From the IMG/VR virus record IMGVR_UViG_3300034407_003088, positions 15,131-79,130 of that record: a DNA stretch of 64,000 bases. One strand, written 5' to 3'. The position numbers and the translations under genes were made by a program. This document shows positions 63,970 to 64,000 of this stretch, in pieces (position 1 is the first letter of the stretch; each line of letters starts with the position of its first letter). Under the pieces are notes generated by a model. It saw nothing but the letters and a program-made list of their open reading frames with translations, did not search any database and was not told where the DNA came from. This DNA comes from a virus (lineage: Duplodnaviria > Caudoviricetes).

Positions 63970-64000
63970 AAAAAGGGAAGTGTAAAAACTTCCCTTTTTT
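63970..64000 (+). terminator. Intrinsic (probably bidirectional) terminator
   Basis: AAAAAGGGAAGT-GTAAAA-ACTTCCCTTTTTT. Confidence 0.88.

Noticed and set aside
1-64000. Alternative genetic code (stop-codon reassignment seen in some large phages)
   Set aside because: Genes are long and tile densely under code 11; TAA, TAG and TGA all terminate genes at sensible domain ends.

Overview
AT-rich segment of a large T4-like (contractile-tail) bacteriophage genome, with almost all genes on the minus strand in tightly coupled operons. Layout: (1) 0-21.5 kb, a glycan synthesis/modification island (SGNH esterases, methyl-, sulfo- and carbamoyltransferases, RmlC, NDP-sugar epimerase, an unpartnered TPP E1-alpha, two twitch radical SAM enzymes, three GT7 paralogues each interrupted by a LamG domain, GT2/GT4-like enzymes). 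(2) 19-32.6 kb, fibre genes: two proteins ending in Hint domains, an S74-chaperone fibre, a Gly-rich protein and a 2915-aa repeat fibre. (3) 32.7-39.3 kb, RHH regulator, fused Mre11-Rad50 (gp47-gp46), primase, an ATP-grasp-like protein carrying a dead Hint domain, and a resolvase. (4) 39.4-41.3 kb, enzymes sharing an N-terminal LKxLLxE-like tag. (5) 41.3-49 kb, a cell-envelope module: a cohesin/dockerin protein with a T9SS-type C-terminal domain, a PorV-like barrel, two CsgG-like proteins, a second barrel and unannotated microproteins. (6) 49-63.6 kb, baseplate/tail genes (gp5-, gp25-, gp6-like and a 1720-aa wedge-like protein with an internal Vint-type Hint domain). The strongest novelty candidates are the phage-encoded T9SS-cargo/PorV/CsgG module, a four-member Hint autoprocessing set on virion proteins, a candidate RNA switch upstream of the epimerase, and a TAYTTAT promoter motif. 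All family calls come from motif recognition by eye; no database search was run.
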